Assembly: GCA_036229005.1 (NCBI GenBank)
Contig: JAZAMN010000022.1
Span: 6,572 to 70,571 of the forward strand
Direction: 5' to 3'
Source of the DNA: Myxococcota bacterium
GTDB taxonomy: Bacteria; Myxococcota_A; UBA796; CAJQPC01
DNA length: 64,000 bases
Shown one piece after another: positions 1 to 9,416 of this stretch. Under the pieces are notes generated by a model. It searched no databases. It was not told the origin of the DNA and saw only the letters and a list, made by a program, of their open reading frames with translations. Positions within the stretch are counted from its first letter, which is position 1. Every line of letters starts with the position of its first letter. Made by a program: the position numbers and the translations under genes.

Positions 1-430
1 CGCCCACGGCGCTGAGCAGGCCCTGGTCGTCCTGCTCCAGGCGGGTGAGCCCCAGGGCGCCGCGGCTGCACTCAAAGTGGGTGACCAGCCAGAGGGCGTC
101 GGGGTGCTGGATCAGCGCGTTGAAGTCGGCCTCGTTGCAGAACTCCGTGAAGGGGTCCCGGTTGGCCATCAGGGCGCTGCCGTCGGGGTGGGTCAGCGCG
201 CCAAAGCCCTGCTCACCCACGGCCCGCAGAGGGTGCCAGCCGGTGTTGGGGGTGGCCCACTCGGCGGCGTCGGGGTGTACCGCGGCGGCAGCGACCTCCA
301 GCTCGGGCAGCGCGCTCAGGTCCAGACCTTGGAACTGCAGGGCGGCGCGGGCCTTGGGGGCGGGCGCGGGCTCCGGCTCCGGGGTGGGCGCGGGCTTGGG
401 GCAGGCAAGGAAGAGCAGCAGGGAGATCAT
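1..430 (-). CDS. lipoprotein of unknown function, truncated by the window edge (N-terminal ~143 codons present)
   Basis: Minus-strand ATG at 430..428. It reads MISLLLFLACPKPAPTPEPEPAPAPKARAALQF... with lipobox LFLAC. The frame stays open to position 1, so it is absent from the ORF track (no stop in the window). Confidence 0.6.
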   Translation of the reverse strand, partial: MISLLLFLACPKPAPTPEPEPAPAPKARAALQFQGLDLSALPELEVAAAAVHPDAAEWATPNTGWHPLRAVGEQGFGALTHPDGSALMANRDPFTEFCNEADFNALIQHPDALWLVTHFECSRGALGLTRLEQDDQGLLSAVG

Positions 431-531
431 CGGGACACCTCGGTTCACCTCGCTCTCACTATCTCGCGCAGAGATCTCTGTAGACCCCGGCGCCAGCGAG
501 GTGCGGCGCGGTGTCTCTGGGGTGCGATCCC

Positions 532-3500
532 CTACTCTCGCCAGTCCAAGAGGTTCCGGCGCCACAGGGTGCGCGTGACCTTGGCCTGGGCGCGCAGGGG
601 CACCTGGACCTGGCCGCTGCTGGTCACCAGTCCGCGTCCCCGGAGCACCTGCAGAGAGCCGCGCACGGCGGCCGGGGGCATGTTGTTGACCATGCCCAGC
701 TCGGCCTCGCTCAGGCTGTTCTGCATGCGGACGGCGGAGAGCACAAAGAGCTCGGCCTGGCCAAGGTCCTTGGCCAGATCCTCGGCGACGGCGCTGCCCA
801 TGCGCACCTGGACGTGGCCGTCGTCCACCACGCGGAGGGACTCGACCCAGAGGCGCAGGGCCACCGCGGGGTTGCCCAGGGAGGCCTCGCCCAGCACGCG
901 GAAGAAGGCGACGGTGGCCCGCTCCAGCTCGCCGTCCTGGTCACCGGAGAGCGCGCCGCCGCGGACCAGCGCCGTGAAGTCGACCTGGTAGCCGGCGGCC
1001 TGGGTGCGGGAGACGACCAGCTTGCGGAGCTGGGACTCGGTCATCTGCGGGACCTCGACCACGTGGTGGAAGAGGTGGACCTTGAGCAGGCGCTCCAGGC
1101 GGGAGAGGTAGGCCCAGGCGGGCAGGTGGAAGCAGACGACCCAGAAGTGCTGGTCGCCCATGCGGCCCACGACCTCGAAGAGGGCGCGCATGCCCTCGAA
1201 GCCGCCGACCTTGCGCAGGAAGGCGCGCTCGCCGGCTTCGATGATGAACACGGTCTTGGGGCGGTCCTTGAGGCGGGCCTCCAGGGTCTCCAGGTCCACG
1301 CACTCGCCCAGCTCCAGGGAGTCGGCGAGCCAGCAGACCAGGTCGCGCTCACTGAGGATGCGCCGCTCGATGGCCATGCGCCGCAGCCCCAGGCCCCGAC
1401 TGGCGAGTTCCTTGGCGACGCTCTCCAGCCAGGTCCCGTGCCCGGCGCCGCGGTCCCCGACCAGAGCCATGGTGCCCTGCGCTTCGTCCCGCTCCCAGGC
1501 GCCCAGGGCCTTGTAGAAGATCTCGTCCAGCTCGGGGCGGGGGACGGGCTCGGGGTCGGCGGGCTCCAGGATGGCGGCGCGCAGGGACTCGGGGACCGGA
1601 CGCAGCTCGGCCTCGGCCTCGGGCTTGTCCGACATGGAGTAGCGGTAGAACACGTTGAGGGCGCGGCCCAGGGCGCTGCCCTCGGTGGCCTTGGACTGGA
1701 GCAGGCCCCAGAGAGCGGCGGAGCCCAGCAGCAGCAGATCGGCCGTGGCGCGGATCCAGCGGGTCAGGGTGGGCTGGGCGGGCTCGGAGGTGAGGAAGGC
1801 GCGGATGCGGTCGTCGCCCCCCTGCCGCCGCAGCATGGAGCGCAGGGTCGGCTCCCAGGCGTGCAGCAGGACCAGCACGAGCACGATCAGCGCCGCGGTG
1901 AAGCCCATCATCGTCAGGCGGTGGAGGGCGTCTGCCTTGAGCAGGTCCAGGGTCAGGAAGCCGACGAACTGGCGCAGGATCCCCCACCCCGCCAGCAGGC
2001 GCAGGGTGCGCTCGCCCAGGGTGAAGCCGGCCTCGGAGACGTGGGCCAGCGCCGGGCGGTTGGCCGGGTTGCGGGCGACCAGCAGGTGGTAGAGGCGCAC
2101 CAGGAAGCGCAGCAGCAGGAACTGCCACCAGCCCAGCATCAGCAGGGCGGCCTCGGGGAAGAAGGCCTCCATGGGGCGCAGCAGAGCGCCGACCACGAGC
2201 AGGTCCAGCAGGGCGCGGGAGGCCGAGGCCAGGGGGAGCTGGAGCCGCTCGGTGGCCTGGCGCTCGACCCGGTGCTGCTCGCGGGCGCGCAGGTCGATGA
2301 CCCGCTGGGTGATGGTCGGGAGCCGGTCCCGCAGCCAGCGCCAGATCAGCACAAAGAGGCCAAAGCGCAGCAGCCCCCAGGCCAGCGTGCCCCAGAAGGA
2401 GAGGCTGCGGAGGTTCTCCCGCAGGTGCCCCAGGCGGCTGTCGCTGGTGCTGACCAGGCGCGGGACGACGACCTTGAACTCCAGGCGCAGCTCGTCGACC
2501 AGGGCGGCGCGGTCGTTGGCGCGCTCGGCGGCGCTGATCTCCCCCCGCAGCTCCCGCCGCTCGGCCTTGGCCTGCTCCAGCAGCTCCACGACCTGGGTCT
2601 GGTGCTCGAAGGCGCGGGTCTCTTCGAGGCTGGCGATGGTCTCCATGGCCTGGAGGACCTCGTCCCAGGTCTTGAGCCGCTCGGTGACCTTGGCGCGCTC
2701 GGGCCCCTCGGCCATCTCCTGCACGCGCTCGCGATCCAGCTCGAGCTGAGCCCGGCTGCCCTCGACCTGACGCCGGATGGCGGCCGCGATCTCCTGGCGG
2801 TCGGTGACGGAGTCCGCCGCGGAGATTGCGGCCCTGCGCAGCAGCCCGACCTGGCCCCGGAGCTCGGCGTAGGCCTGGTCGATGGCCTCCTGGCGGTCCC
2901 CGGCCAGCGCGCTCTTGGCGCGGGCCTGGACCACGTCGCTCTTGGCCTCGGTCAGGTCGGTGCGCAGGCCGCTGAGCAGCTCGGCGGCGGCATCACTGTG
3001 CTCCTCCAGCTTGTCGTTGTCGCTGGTGGCGCGGTCGTGATCGTCCGCGACCGAGGTGAGCACCTGAGCCACCCAGCGCGCCTGCTGGTCGGTGGCAGCG
3101 GAGCGGGCCTCGTCGGCCTCCCGGCGCGCCTGGTTGTCGGCGTCCAGGGCCTTGAGGGTCTCAGCGTCCTGGGCCTGCTGGGCCTCGGCGGCCTCCAGCG
3201 AGCGCTGGTAGGCGTCCTGCAGCCGGGCGAGCTCCAGGCTGTCCAGGGCGGCCCAGGCCTGGGAGACGGGTTCCTCGGTGCGCTGCGCCAGCCTGTCCTC
3301 GACGGCGCCGATCTGTGCCTCCAGGTCGGCGGGGGCCGCGATGTCCAGCGGTGGGGACGCCTGCATCGAAGCGCGCTGATCCTCGATCCACCCCAGCAGA
3401 GGCTCCTGCACCGACCCATCCGAGAGGGGCAGCAGCAGGCTGAGGCGCTGGGCGGCGAAGGGGGCGCGGACGGGGTCCTGGAGGGCGGAGGCGTCCAGCT

Positions 3501-4131
3501 CCAGCGAAGCGCCGGGGAGCACCGCCAGGCCGACGATGCGGTCCCCCAGCTTGGCGTAGGCGGCCCGCTCGGCGTCCAGAGCAGCGAGAGAGGCGGCGAG
3601 GGCGGGCTGGTCCGCAGCATCCGCCTGGGCCCACCGCTCGGCCTGGACTGCACGCGCCATCTCCAGGGACTCGATGGCATCGGCGAGGTGCGACCGGGTC
3701 AGGGCGGGGTGCTGCTCCAACAGGGCCTGGACGGAGAGCAGGAGGCGGCGCTCGGCGGCGTCGGCGCTCTCTTCGGCGTCCAGGGCCCGGGTGCGGGCGG
3801 CGCTGAGCTGACGCTGGGTGCGGGCGTCGAGCTCGCCCAGGGGCGCGCGGGCCTCCACGGCGCGCAGACGGGCCGCCTGGTCCAGGCGGGAGAGCTGCCC
3901 GGCCAGCCACGCGGGGTCCAGCCAGTCTCCGCCGGAGAGCTCGGGAAACGCGGCCTCCACCGGTGCCTTTCCAGCGTAGAAGCGCTGTGCGGCGCTGCTG
4001 CGGGCCTTGGCGGTGGCGGCGCGGGCAGCGTAGCTGGGCAGATCGCGCTGCTCAGCCAGGGCCTGATCGAGGCCTTGGGCTGCCAGCGGGGGCGACGCCA
4101 ACGTGAAGATCAGGAGGAGGATTTGGATCAT
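532..4131 (-). CDS. large membrane protein: signal peptide, ~530-aa coiled-coil region, multi-TM block, C-terminal ORC/Cdc6-like P-loop domain with degenerate Walker A, and a winged-helix-like tail
   Basis: 1199-aa ORF. N-terminus is MIQILLLIFTLASPPLAAQG. A long A/E/R/Q/L-rich heptad-like stretch follows. Hydrophobic helices lie around aa 570-800 (e.g. FWGTLAWGLLRFGLFVLIW, LLMLGWWQFLLLRFLV, MMGFTAALIVLVLVLL). The motif MALVGDRGAGHGTW sits where GxxGxGK[ST] is expected, followed by a Walker-B-like TVFIIEAGE. The tail ELFVLSAVRMQNSLSEAELG...LQVLRGRGLV resembles a wHTH. Confidence 0.75.
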   Translation of the reverse strand: MIQILLLIFTLASPPLAAQGLDQALAEQRDLPSYAARAATAKARSSAAQRFYAGKAPVEAAFPELSGGDWLDPAWLAGQLSRLDQAARLRAVEARAPLGELDARTQRQLSAARTRALDAEESADAAERRLLLSVQALLEQHPALTRSHLADAIESLEMARAVQAERWAQADAADQPALAASLAALDAERAAYAKLGDRIVGLAVLPGASLELDASALQDPVRAPFAAQRLSLLLPLSDGSVQEPLLGWIEDQRASMQASPPLDIAAPADLEAQIGAVEDRLAQRTEEPVSQAWAALDSLELARLQDAYQRSLEAAEAQQAQDAETLKALDADNQARREADEARSAATDQQARWVAQVLTSVADDHDRATSDNDKLEEHSDAAAELLSGLRTDLTEAKSDVVQARAKSALAGDRQEAIDQAYAELRGQVGLLRRAAISAADSVTDRQEIAAAIRRQVEGSRAQLELDRERVQEMAEGPERAKVTERLKTWDEVLQAMETIASLEETRAFEHQTQVVELLEQAKAERRELRGEISAAERANDRAALVDELRLEFKVVVPRLVSTSDSRLGHLRENLRSLSFWGTLAWGLLRFGLFVLIWRWLRDRLPTITQRVIDLRAREQHRVERQATERLQLPLASASRALLDLLVVGALLRPMEAFFPEAALLMLGWWQFLLLRFLVRLYHLLVARNPANRPALAHVSEAGFTLGERTLRLLAGWGILRQFVGFLTLDLLKADALHRLTMMGFTAALIVLVLVLLHAWEPTLRSMLRRQGGDDRIRAFLTSEPAQPTLTRWIRATADLLLLGSAALWGLLQSKATEGSALGRALNVFYRYSMSDKPEAEAELRPVPESLRAAILEPADPEPVPRPELDEIFYKALGAWERDEAQGTMALVGDRGAGHGTWLESVAKELASRGLGLRRMAIERRILSERDLVCWLADSLELGECVDLETLEARLKDRPKTVFIIEAGERAFLRKVGGFEGMRALFEVVGRMGDQHFWVVCFHLPAWAYLSRLERLLKVHLFHHVVEVPQMTESQLRKLVVSRTQAAGYQVDFTALVRGGALSGDQDGELERATVAFFRVLGEASLGNPAVALRLWVESLRVVDDGHVQVRMGSAVAEDLAKDLGQAELFVLSAVRMQNSLSEAELGMVNNMPPAAVRGSLQVLRGRGLVTSSGQVQVPLRAQAKVTRTLWRRNLLDWRE

Positions 4132-4220
4132 TCTGGCGAGAGCGTATCTCGACTGAGCTGCTGCGCGCTCACAGGTGCTTGACGCGGGTTAGCTGGGCAA
4201 CCCAATTCAAAGGAGCGCTT

Positions 4221-4775
4221 GTGGCCCATCCCTGGCATGACCTGCCCAACAACCCCGACACCGCGGGGGACTACTTCAACGTCGTCATCGAGATCCCGCG
4301 GGGATCCAAGGTCAAGTACGAGCTGGACAAGCCCAGCGGGTTGCTGCGCGTGGACCGCGTGCTCTACAGCTCGGTCATCTACCCGGCCAACTACGGCTTC
4401 CTGCCCCGCACCTACTGCGGTGACCACGATCCCCTGGACGTGCTGGTGCTCGGCTACGAGTCCGTGCAGCCCGGCGCCATCATGCAGACCCGCGCCATCG
4501 GGGTCATGCGTATGGAGGACGAGGGCGAGCCCGACGACAAGATCATCGCGGTGCACGTGAACGACCCCGCGTTCTGCGACTACACCGACATCCACCAGCT
4601 CCCCGTGCACCTCTTCAAGGAGATCCAGCGCTTCTTCGAGGACTACAAGCAGCTCGAGCACAAGACCGTCAAGGTGAACAGCTGGGGCGGCAACGAGGAG
4701 GCTCTGGCCTGCGTGAAGGAGGCCATGGCCTTCTACCGCGCCGAGGAGCACAAGCTCCGCGGCTGGGGCGACTGA
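4221..4775 (+). CDS. ppa: inorganic pyrophosphatase (family I)
   Basis: Motifs VIEIPRGSKVKYE, YPANYGFLPRT, DGDPLDVLVL-like (GDHDPLDVLVL) and DDKIIAV. The likely start is GTG 4221, preceded by AAAGGAG at 4209-4215. The track ORF begins earlier, at 4179. Confidence 0.9.
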   Translation: MAHPWHDLPNNPDTAGDYFNVVIEIPRGSKVKYELDKPSGLLRVDRVLYSSVIYPANYGFLPRTYCGDHDPLDVLVLGYESVQPGAIMQTRAIGVMRMEDEGEPDDKIIAVHVNDPAFCDYTDIHQLPVHLFKEIQRFFEDYKQLEHKTVKVNSWGGNEEALACVKEAMAFYRAEEHKLRGWGD

Positions 4776-4912
4776 GTCCGCCGTGAGGCAGCCGCCCAGG
4801 GTGGCTGCCTCACCTCAGCGGCCTGAGGCGGGCTGGTGGTCAGGACGATCCGCCCCCAAACCCGCCTCAAGGCTCGCCACCCGCGTCCGACTCCCCTCCC
4901 CGAGGAGAGCTC

Positions 4913-6100
4913 GTGGGACGCCTGCCGACGCGCACGCTGCTGAACAACACCCTGGGCTTCGCCCTGGCCTTCGCGGCCTGGGTGGCGCTGGGTCCTGCTG
5001 CGCGCAGCGTGGGGGCGGAGCTGGGCCTGAGCCCCGGGGCCACCGAGTGGCTGCGGGCGACGCCCATGCTCACAGGCTCGGTCCTGCGCATCCCCATCGG
5101 GGTGCTCGCGGACCGGCTCGGCGCCCGCCGCACCTTCTCGGCGCTGCTGCTCGCGGGCGCGGGGGGCGCGCTGGTCCTGGCCAGCGCACAGGGTACGGTC
5201 GCCGCCTTCTCCGGCGCGCTGATCCTGGGCCTTGTGGGCACGACCTTTGTGGTCGGGGTGCAGGCCGTGAGCGCCCAGACTCCGGGCCCCCTGCGCGGCA
5301 CGGCGCTGGGGCTCTTCGGCGCCGGCAACCTGGGCACCGCCCTGACCACGATGGGGCTGCCCTGGGTGCTGGAGGCGTGGGGCTGGCGCCCGGCGATGGT
5401 GGGCTACGCGGCGGTCCTGGGGCTGAGCGCGGTGGGCTACTGGGCCGCCGCGGGCGACAGCGATGCGGACAAGCCCCGGGTGACCTCGTCTGCGGGCTCA
5501 GCGCTCAAGCCGCTCGCGCACCCGGATGCCTGGCGGTTGTCCCTGGCGTATGCAGCGAGCTTTGGCGGCTTCCTCTGCCTCTCCCTGACCCTGACGGACT
5601 GGTACGCGGATCTGGGGCGCGAGCTCAAGGCCGCGGGCACCCTGGCGACGGTGTTCACCTTCACCGCCTCTCTGGCGCGCATCCCGGGGGGTTGGGTGGC
5701 GGACCGCTGGCCCACCCGTCCCTGGCTGCGCATCTCGCTCGCGGTGGCGGGGCTGCTGGTGCTCCCCACGCTGCTGCGCTGGCCCCTGGGGATCGCGGTC
5801 CCGGCGCTCTTTGCGGCGGCCCTGAGCATGGGCGTGGCCATGACGGCGACCTTCCGCGCGATCCCGGAGCGCTTCCCCACGCAGGTGGGCGCGGTCGGGG
5901 GATTGGTCGGGGCGCTGGGTGGACTGGGGGGCTTCTTCCTGCCTCCCCTTGGGGCCGCGCTGGAGACCGCGACCGCCTGGCAGGGCGTGCGATTCCTGCC
6001 GCTGGTCCTGCTCGGGCTCGTGGCCGCAGCCCTGGCCCCGAGAACGCGCCGCGCCGCGGCGGACGATGTGAATGAGCCAAGCCTTCGGAGGGCGGCATGA
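4913..6100 (+). CDS. MFS transporter, nitrate/nitrite porter (NarK/NNP)-like
   Basis: 395 aa, about 12 hydrophobic helices. MFS loop motif [13 protein letters not shown]. Two nitrate-signature-like glycine motifs: [11 protein letters not shown] and [19 protein letters not shown] start. Confidence 0.75.
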   Translation: MGRLPTRTLLNNTLGFALAFAAWVALGPAARSVGAELGLSPGATEWLRATPMLTGSVLRIPIGVLADRLGARRTFSALLLAGAGGALVLASAQGTVAAFSGALILGLVGTTFVVGVQAVSAQTPGPLRGTALGLFGAGNLGTALTTMGLPWVLEAWGWRPAMVGYAAVLGLSAVGYWAAAGDSDADKPRVTSSAGSALKPLAHPDAWRLSLAYAASFGGFLCLSLTLTDWYADLGRELKAAGTLATVFTFTASLARIPGGWVADRWPTRPWLRISLAVAGLLVLPTLLRWPLGIAVPALFAAALSMGVAMTATFRAIPERFPTQVGAVGGLVGALGGLGGFFLPPLGAALETATAWQGVRFLPLVLLGLVAAALAPRTRRAAADDVNEPSLRRAA

Positions 6101-7617
6101 ATGAGGTCTCCTACCAGGAAGCCCTGAACCTGGCCGGGCGTCAGCGGATGCTCAACCAGCGCGCCATCAAGGAGGCGCTGGCCTGCAAGCTGGGACAGAC
6201 CCTGGACCCCCAGTCGACCCTGACGCTGCTGGAGCAGAGCGGGCGCGCGCTCCAGATGGGCGGTGAAGCCCAGGGCGCCTCGGGGAGCCTCCACCTCCCG
6301 AAGCCACCCACCGACGCGCTGTTCGGGGCGATGGAGCAGGCCAACCGCGCCTACACCGAGCTGCGCAAGCTGCTGGAGGGCTTCCTGGCCGACCAGGTCC
6401 CGCTGCCGGCGCTGCTCAGCCACGGCGATCAGGTGCACACCAAGGCCAACCGCGTGTGCACCCTCTACGCCAACGCCATCGACGAGCTGCTGGCCCGGCA
6501 GACCCGGGAGTCCCAGCGGATCCTGGAGGCCTGCCAACGCGGCGAGCTGGACTTCCGCGGCGAGACTCTGGGGCTGGCGCCGAGCGTGCGCGGGCCCATC
6601 GAGTCCACCAACGCCGTGCTCGATGCGGTGCTGGCCCCCATCCCCCAGGCGCTGGAGGTGCTGGCCAAGGTGGGCCAGGGCGACCTGCGCGAGCGCATCG
6701 ACACCAGCGAATACGTGGGCGACCACGCCCGCCTGGCCCAGGGCGTGAACCAGAGCGTGGAGACCCTGAACGACCTGCTCTGGGACCTGCGTCCGGTGAG
6801 CGAGGAGGTCGCGGACCAGGCCCACACCCTGCAGGCCACCGCTCTGCATCTGGCCACCAGCACCCAGCAGCAGGGCGGGTCCATCGAGGAGGTCGACAGC
6901 CTGCTCAAGCGCCTGGTCAGCGGCCTGGATGAGCACGCCCAGGTGGCCGACAAGGCCGCGGAGCTGGCGACCACCAGCGACGAGACCCTGCGGGGCTCCA
7001 GCGAACACCTGAGCGACTTCCTGGGCTCCATCCAGAGCCTGGAGGAGGGCGTCGAGCGCATCGCGAACTTCTTGACGGTCATCGACGACATCGCCTTCCA
7101 GACCGACCTGCTCGCTCTGAACGCGGCGGTGGAGGCGGCGCGGGCGGGGAACCACGGCAACGGGTTCGCGGTGGTCGCGCAGGAGGTCCGCGCGCTTGCG
7201 CTGCGCAGCTCCAAGGCCAGCTCACAGATGGAGGAGGTCGTGTCGTTGCTGGACCGGAACATGTCGCGGGCCGAGTCCCTGGCCAACACCACAGCGCGGG
7301 AGCTCCAGGAGGTCTCGGCGGCCTCGGCGCGGCTGGGGACGCACTCCCACACCCTGGCCCAGGCCAGCAAGCAACAGGTCGAGGAGATCCGACGCACCCA
7401 GGCGGCGATGTCGGAGCTGAGGACCACCAGTGAAGACGGCCAGCGCGCCGCCCGCCAGGTCGCCGGGGCCTCCAAGCAGCTCAGCGCCGGGGCCCAGCGC
7501 CTCCAGCAGCTCCAGGGCCGCTTCGAGCTCGCCCCGCAGACAGCGCAGCCGGTGCACGGCTTCGACCCCGAGCTGGTGGCCAAGGTCCGGGAGTGGCTGG
7601 AGCGGGGAGCCGCCTGA
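6097..7617 (+). CDS. soluble methyl-accepting chemotaxis protein with an N-terminal PilJ/NarX-type (nitrate-sensor-like) helical domain
   Basis: N-terminal [20 protein letters not shown] matches the P-box-like motif of PilJ/NarX/NarQ sensor domains. HAMP-like [12 protein letters not shown] signalling hairpin [41 protein letters not shown] see no TM helix. The ATG overlaps the upstream stop (ATGA at 6097-6100). Confidence 0.85.
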   Translation: MNEVSYQEALNLAGRQRMLNQRAIKEALACKLGQTLDPQSTLTLLEQSGRALQMGGEAQGASGSLHLPKPPTDALFGAMEQANRAYTELRKLLEGFLADQVPLPALLSHGDQVHTKANRVCTLYANAIDELLARQTRESQRILEACQRGELDFRGETLGLAPSVRGPIESTNAVLDAVLAPIPQALEVLAKVGQGDLRERIDTSEYVGDHARLAQGVNQSVETLNDLLWDLRPVSEEVADQAHTLQATALHLATSTQQQGGSIEEVDSLLKRLVSGLDEHAQVADKAAELATTSDETLRGSSEHLSDFLGSIQSLEEGVERIANFLTVIDDIAFQTDLLALNAAVEAARAGNHGNGFAVVAQEVRALALRSSKASSQMEEVVSLLDRNMSRAESLANTTARELQEVSAASARLGTHSHTLAQASKQQVEEIRRTQAAMSELRTTSEDGQRAARQVAGASKQLSAGAQRLQQLQGRFELAPQTAQPVHGFDPELVAKVREWLERGAA

Positions 7618-7647
7618 GCGCATATGCTCCCTCCAACTGGAGGACGA

Positions 7648-8082
7648 ATGCTCTTGCTGCTGCTGGCCTGCAGCGCCGACTGGGAGCCCGCGGTGGACCC
7701 GCTGCAGGTCCTGGCCTGGGCCCCGACCGTCGACGCGCCGGGCACCATCGACACCCCCCTGCACCTGAGCTTCAACGCGCGCCTGGATAGCCAGACGCTG
7801 GACAGCATCGCGCTGCTGAACGCCCAAGAGCAGGTGGTCCCCGCCGACATCTCCGCAGAGGGCCTGCGCCCGACGCTCTGGGTGGAGCCCGAGCGCTCCT
7901 TGCAGCCCGGCGCCACCTACACCCTGGTCCTGGACGTGGGCCTGGAGGGCGTGGGCGGGCAGCTCCTGGGCGGTCCGGTCCAGGTCCCCTTCGCCACCCT
8001 GGGCCCCGACGACGCGCCCGAGGACACCGGTGAGCCCGGCGACACCAGCGAGCCCGCGGACACCGGCGACACGGGCGATTAG
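7648..8082 (+). CDS. small lipoprotein with an Ig-like (SbsA/Big_5-like) domain and an acidic tail
   Basis: MLLLLLACSADW lipobox, with GGAGGA 5 nt upstream of ATG 7648. The pattern VLAWAPTVDAPG...LHLSFNARLDSQTL...ATYTLVLD is typical of bacterial Ig-like domains. Confidence 0.65.
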   Translation: MLLLLLACSADWEPAVDPLQVLAWAPTVDAPGTIDTPLHLSFNARLDSQTLDSIALLNAQEQVVPADISAEGLRPTLWVEPERSLQPGATYTLVLDVGLEGVGGQLLGGPVQVPFATLGPDDAPEDTGEPGDTSEPADTGDTGD

Positions 8083-8132
8083 CCCCGCTGCCCGCTGCTC
8101 CTCCCGCGCCCTCGGCGGTTAGACTGTGCGCG

Positions 8133-9416
8133 ATGTGGCCCTTCACCCGCAGCGCCTCCGCCCAGGACGCACCGCCCGCCGACGCTCCCGCCGAGGCTCC
8201 CGCTGAAGCCCCTGTGGATGGAGCGCCCGCCGACGGACTCCCGCCGGATGCGCAAGCCCCAGAGGGAGTGGATCCCGGCGCTGCGGACACGGTCGACCCC
8301 ACCTCGCTTGGGGACGGTGGCCTCCTGACCCCTGATGGACTGCTGGGCACTGGCGAGGTGCAGTCGCCCGCTCCGGACACCGAGGAGCCGGTCTTCCAGA
8401 CCTCCGACACCCTGCTGGAGGACACCAGCCGGCTCGCGGAGCGCCTGACCCACATCCCCGAGGGCGAGTCCGCGCTGGAGGCTGGGCAGTCCACCCTCTC
8501 GGGCTTCCTGGAGCTGCACCTGTTCACCATCGGACAGGTGGAGATCACGCCGGGTCGCCTGCTGCTGGCCGGCCTGACCCTGGCGGCCACCTTCGGGCTG
8601 TCCAAGATCATCCGCCGCACCACGCGCCGGGCCTTCCACATGCGCGGCGTCACGGACGCTGGCCGGATCGGCGTCACCAACCGCCTGATCCACTACGTGA
8701 TCCTGCTGATCGGCTTCTCCCTGTCGCTGGAGGCCATGGGGATCCACCTCAGCGCCCTGTTCGCGGCCGGCGCCATCTTCGCGGTGGGCATCGGCTTCGC
8801 GATGCAGAACATCGTCCAGAACTTCGTCTCGGGCGTGATCCTGCTGCTGGAGCGCTCGATCAAGCCCGAGGACGTGCTGGAGATCGACGGCCAGATCGTG
8901 CGCGTCGAGCAGATGGGCATCCGCGCCACGGTGGTCCGCACCCGCGACGAAGAAGAGCTGATCGTCCCCAACGGCGTGCTGGTCCAGAACTCGGTGAAGA
9001 ACTTCACCAAGCGGGACCGGCTCTACCGCGTGCGCGCGTCGGTGGGGGTGGCCTACGGCTCGGACATGACCCGGGTCGAGGAGGCCCTTTTGGAGGCCGG
9101 CCACGCCATGCCCGGCCGCGACGACAGCCGCGTGCCCCAGGTGCTGCTGATCGGCTTCGGCAACAACACCGTGGACTGGGAGTTGTCGGTGTGGACCCAG
9201 GATCCCTGGCGGATGCTGGTGACCCGCTCGGAGCTCAACAAGCGGATCTGGAAGGCCTTCAAGGTCTACGGCATCGAGATCGCCTTCCCCCAGGTGGACC
9301 TGCACCTGGACGACGCGGTGGTGGACGCGATCGCAGGCCGCGTGCGGGTGGCGTCCAAGCCCCAGGAGGACCGGGAGACCGAGGCCGGCGAGAAGGCCGA
9401 GAGCTCCGAGGGCTGA
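8133..9416 (+). CDS. mechanosensitive ion channel, MscS family
   Basis: TM3/beta-domain signature AAGAIFAVGIGFAMQNIVQNFVSGVILLLERSIKPEDVLEIDGQIVRVEQMGIRATVVRTRDEEELIVPN. The N-terminus is an acidic/proline-rich low-complexity region. Confidence 0.9.
   Translation: MWPFTRSASAQDAPPADAPAEAPAEAPVDGAPADGLPPDAQAPEGVDPGAADTVDPTSLGDGGLLTPDGLLGTGEVQSPAPDTEEPVFQTSDTLLEDTSRLAERLTHIPEGESALEAGQSTLSGFLELHLFTIGQVEITPGRLLLAGLTLAATFGLSKIIRRTTRRAFHMRGVTDAGRIGVTNRLIHYVILLIGFSLSLEAMGIHLSALFAAGAIFAVGIGFAMQNIVQNFVSGVILLLERSIKPEDVLEIDGQIVRVEQMGIRATVVRTRDEEELIVPNGVLVQNSVKNFTKRDRLYRVRASVGVAYGSDMTRVEEALLEAGHAMPGRDDSRVPQVLLIGFGNNTVDWELSVWTQDPWRMLVTRSELNKRIWKAFKVYGIEIAFPQVDLHLDDAVVDAIAGRVRVASKPQEDRETEAGEKAESSEG

Noticed and set aside
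511-4182. 1223-aa plus-strand ORF covering the same span as the 532..4131 minus-strand gene
   Set aside because: The translation is dominated by G/A/L/Q/D/H runs (e.g. GLGLGLV, QQQIGRGADPAGQGGLGG) with no motifs. It is a typical antisense open frame in a 70% GC gene. The minus-strand frame has a signal peptide, TM helices and ATPase-like motifs.
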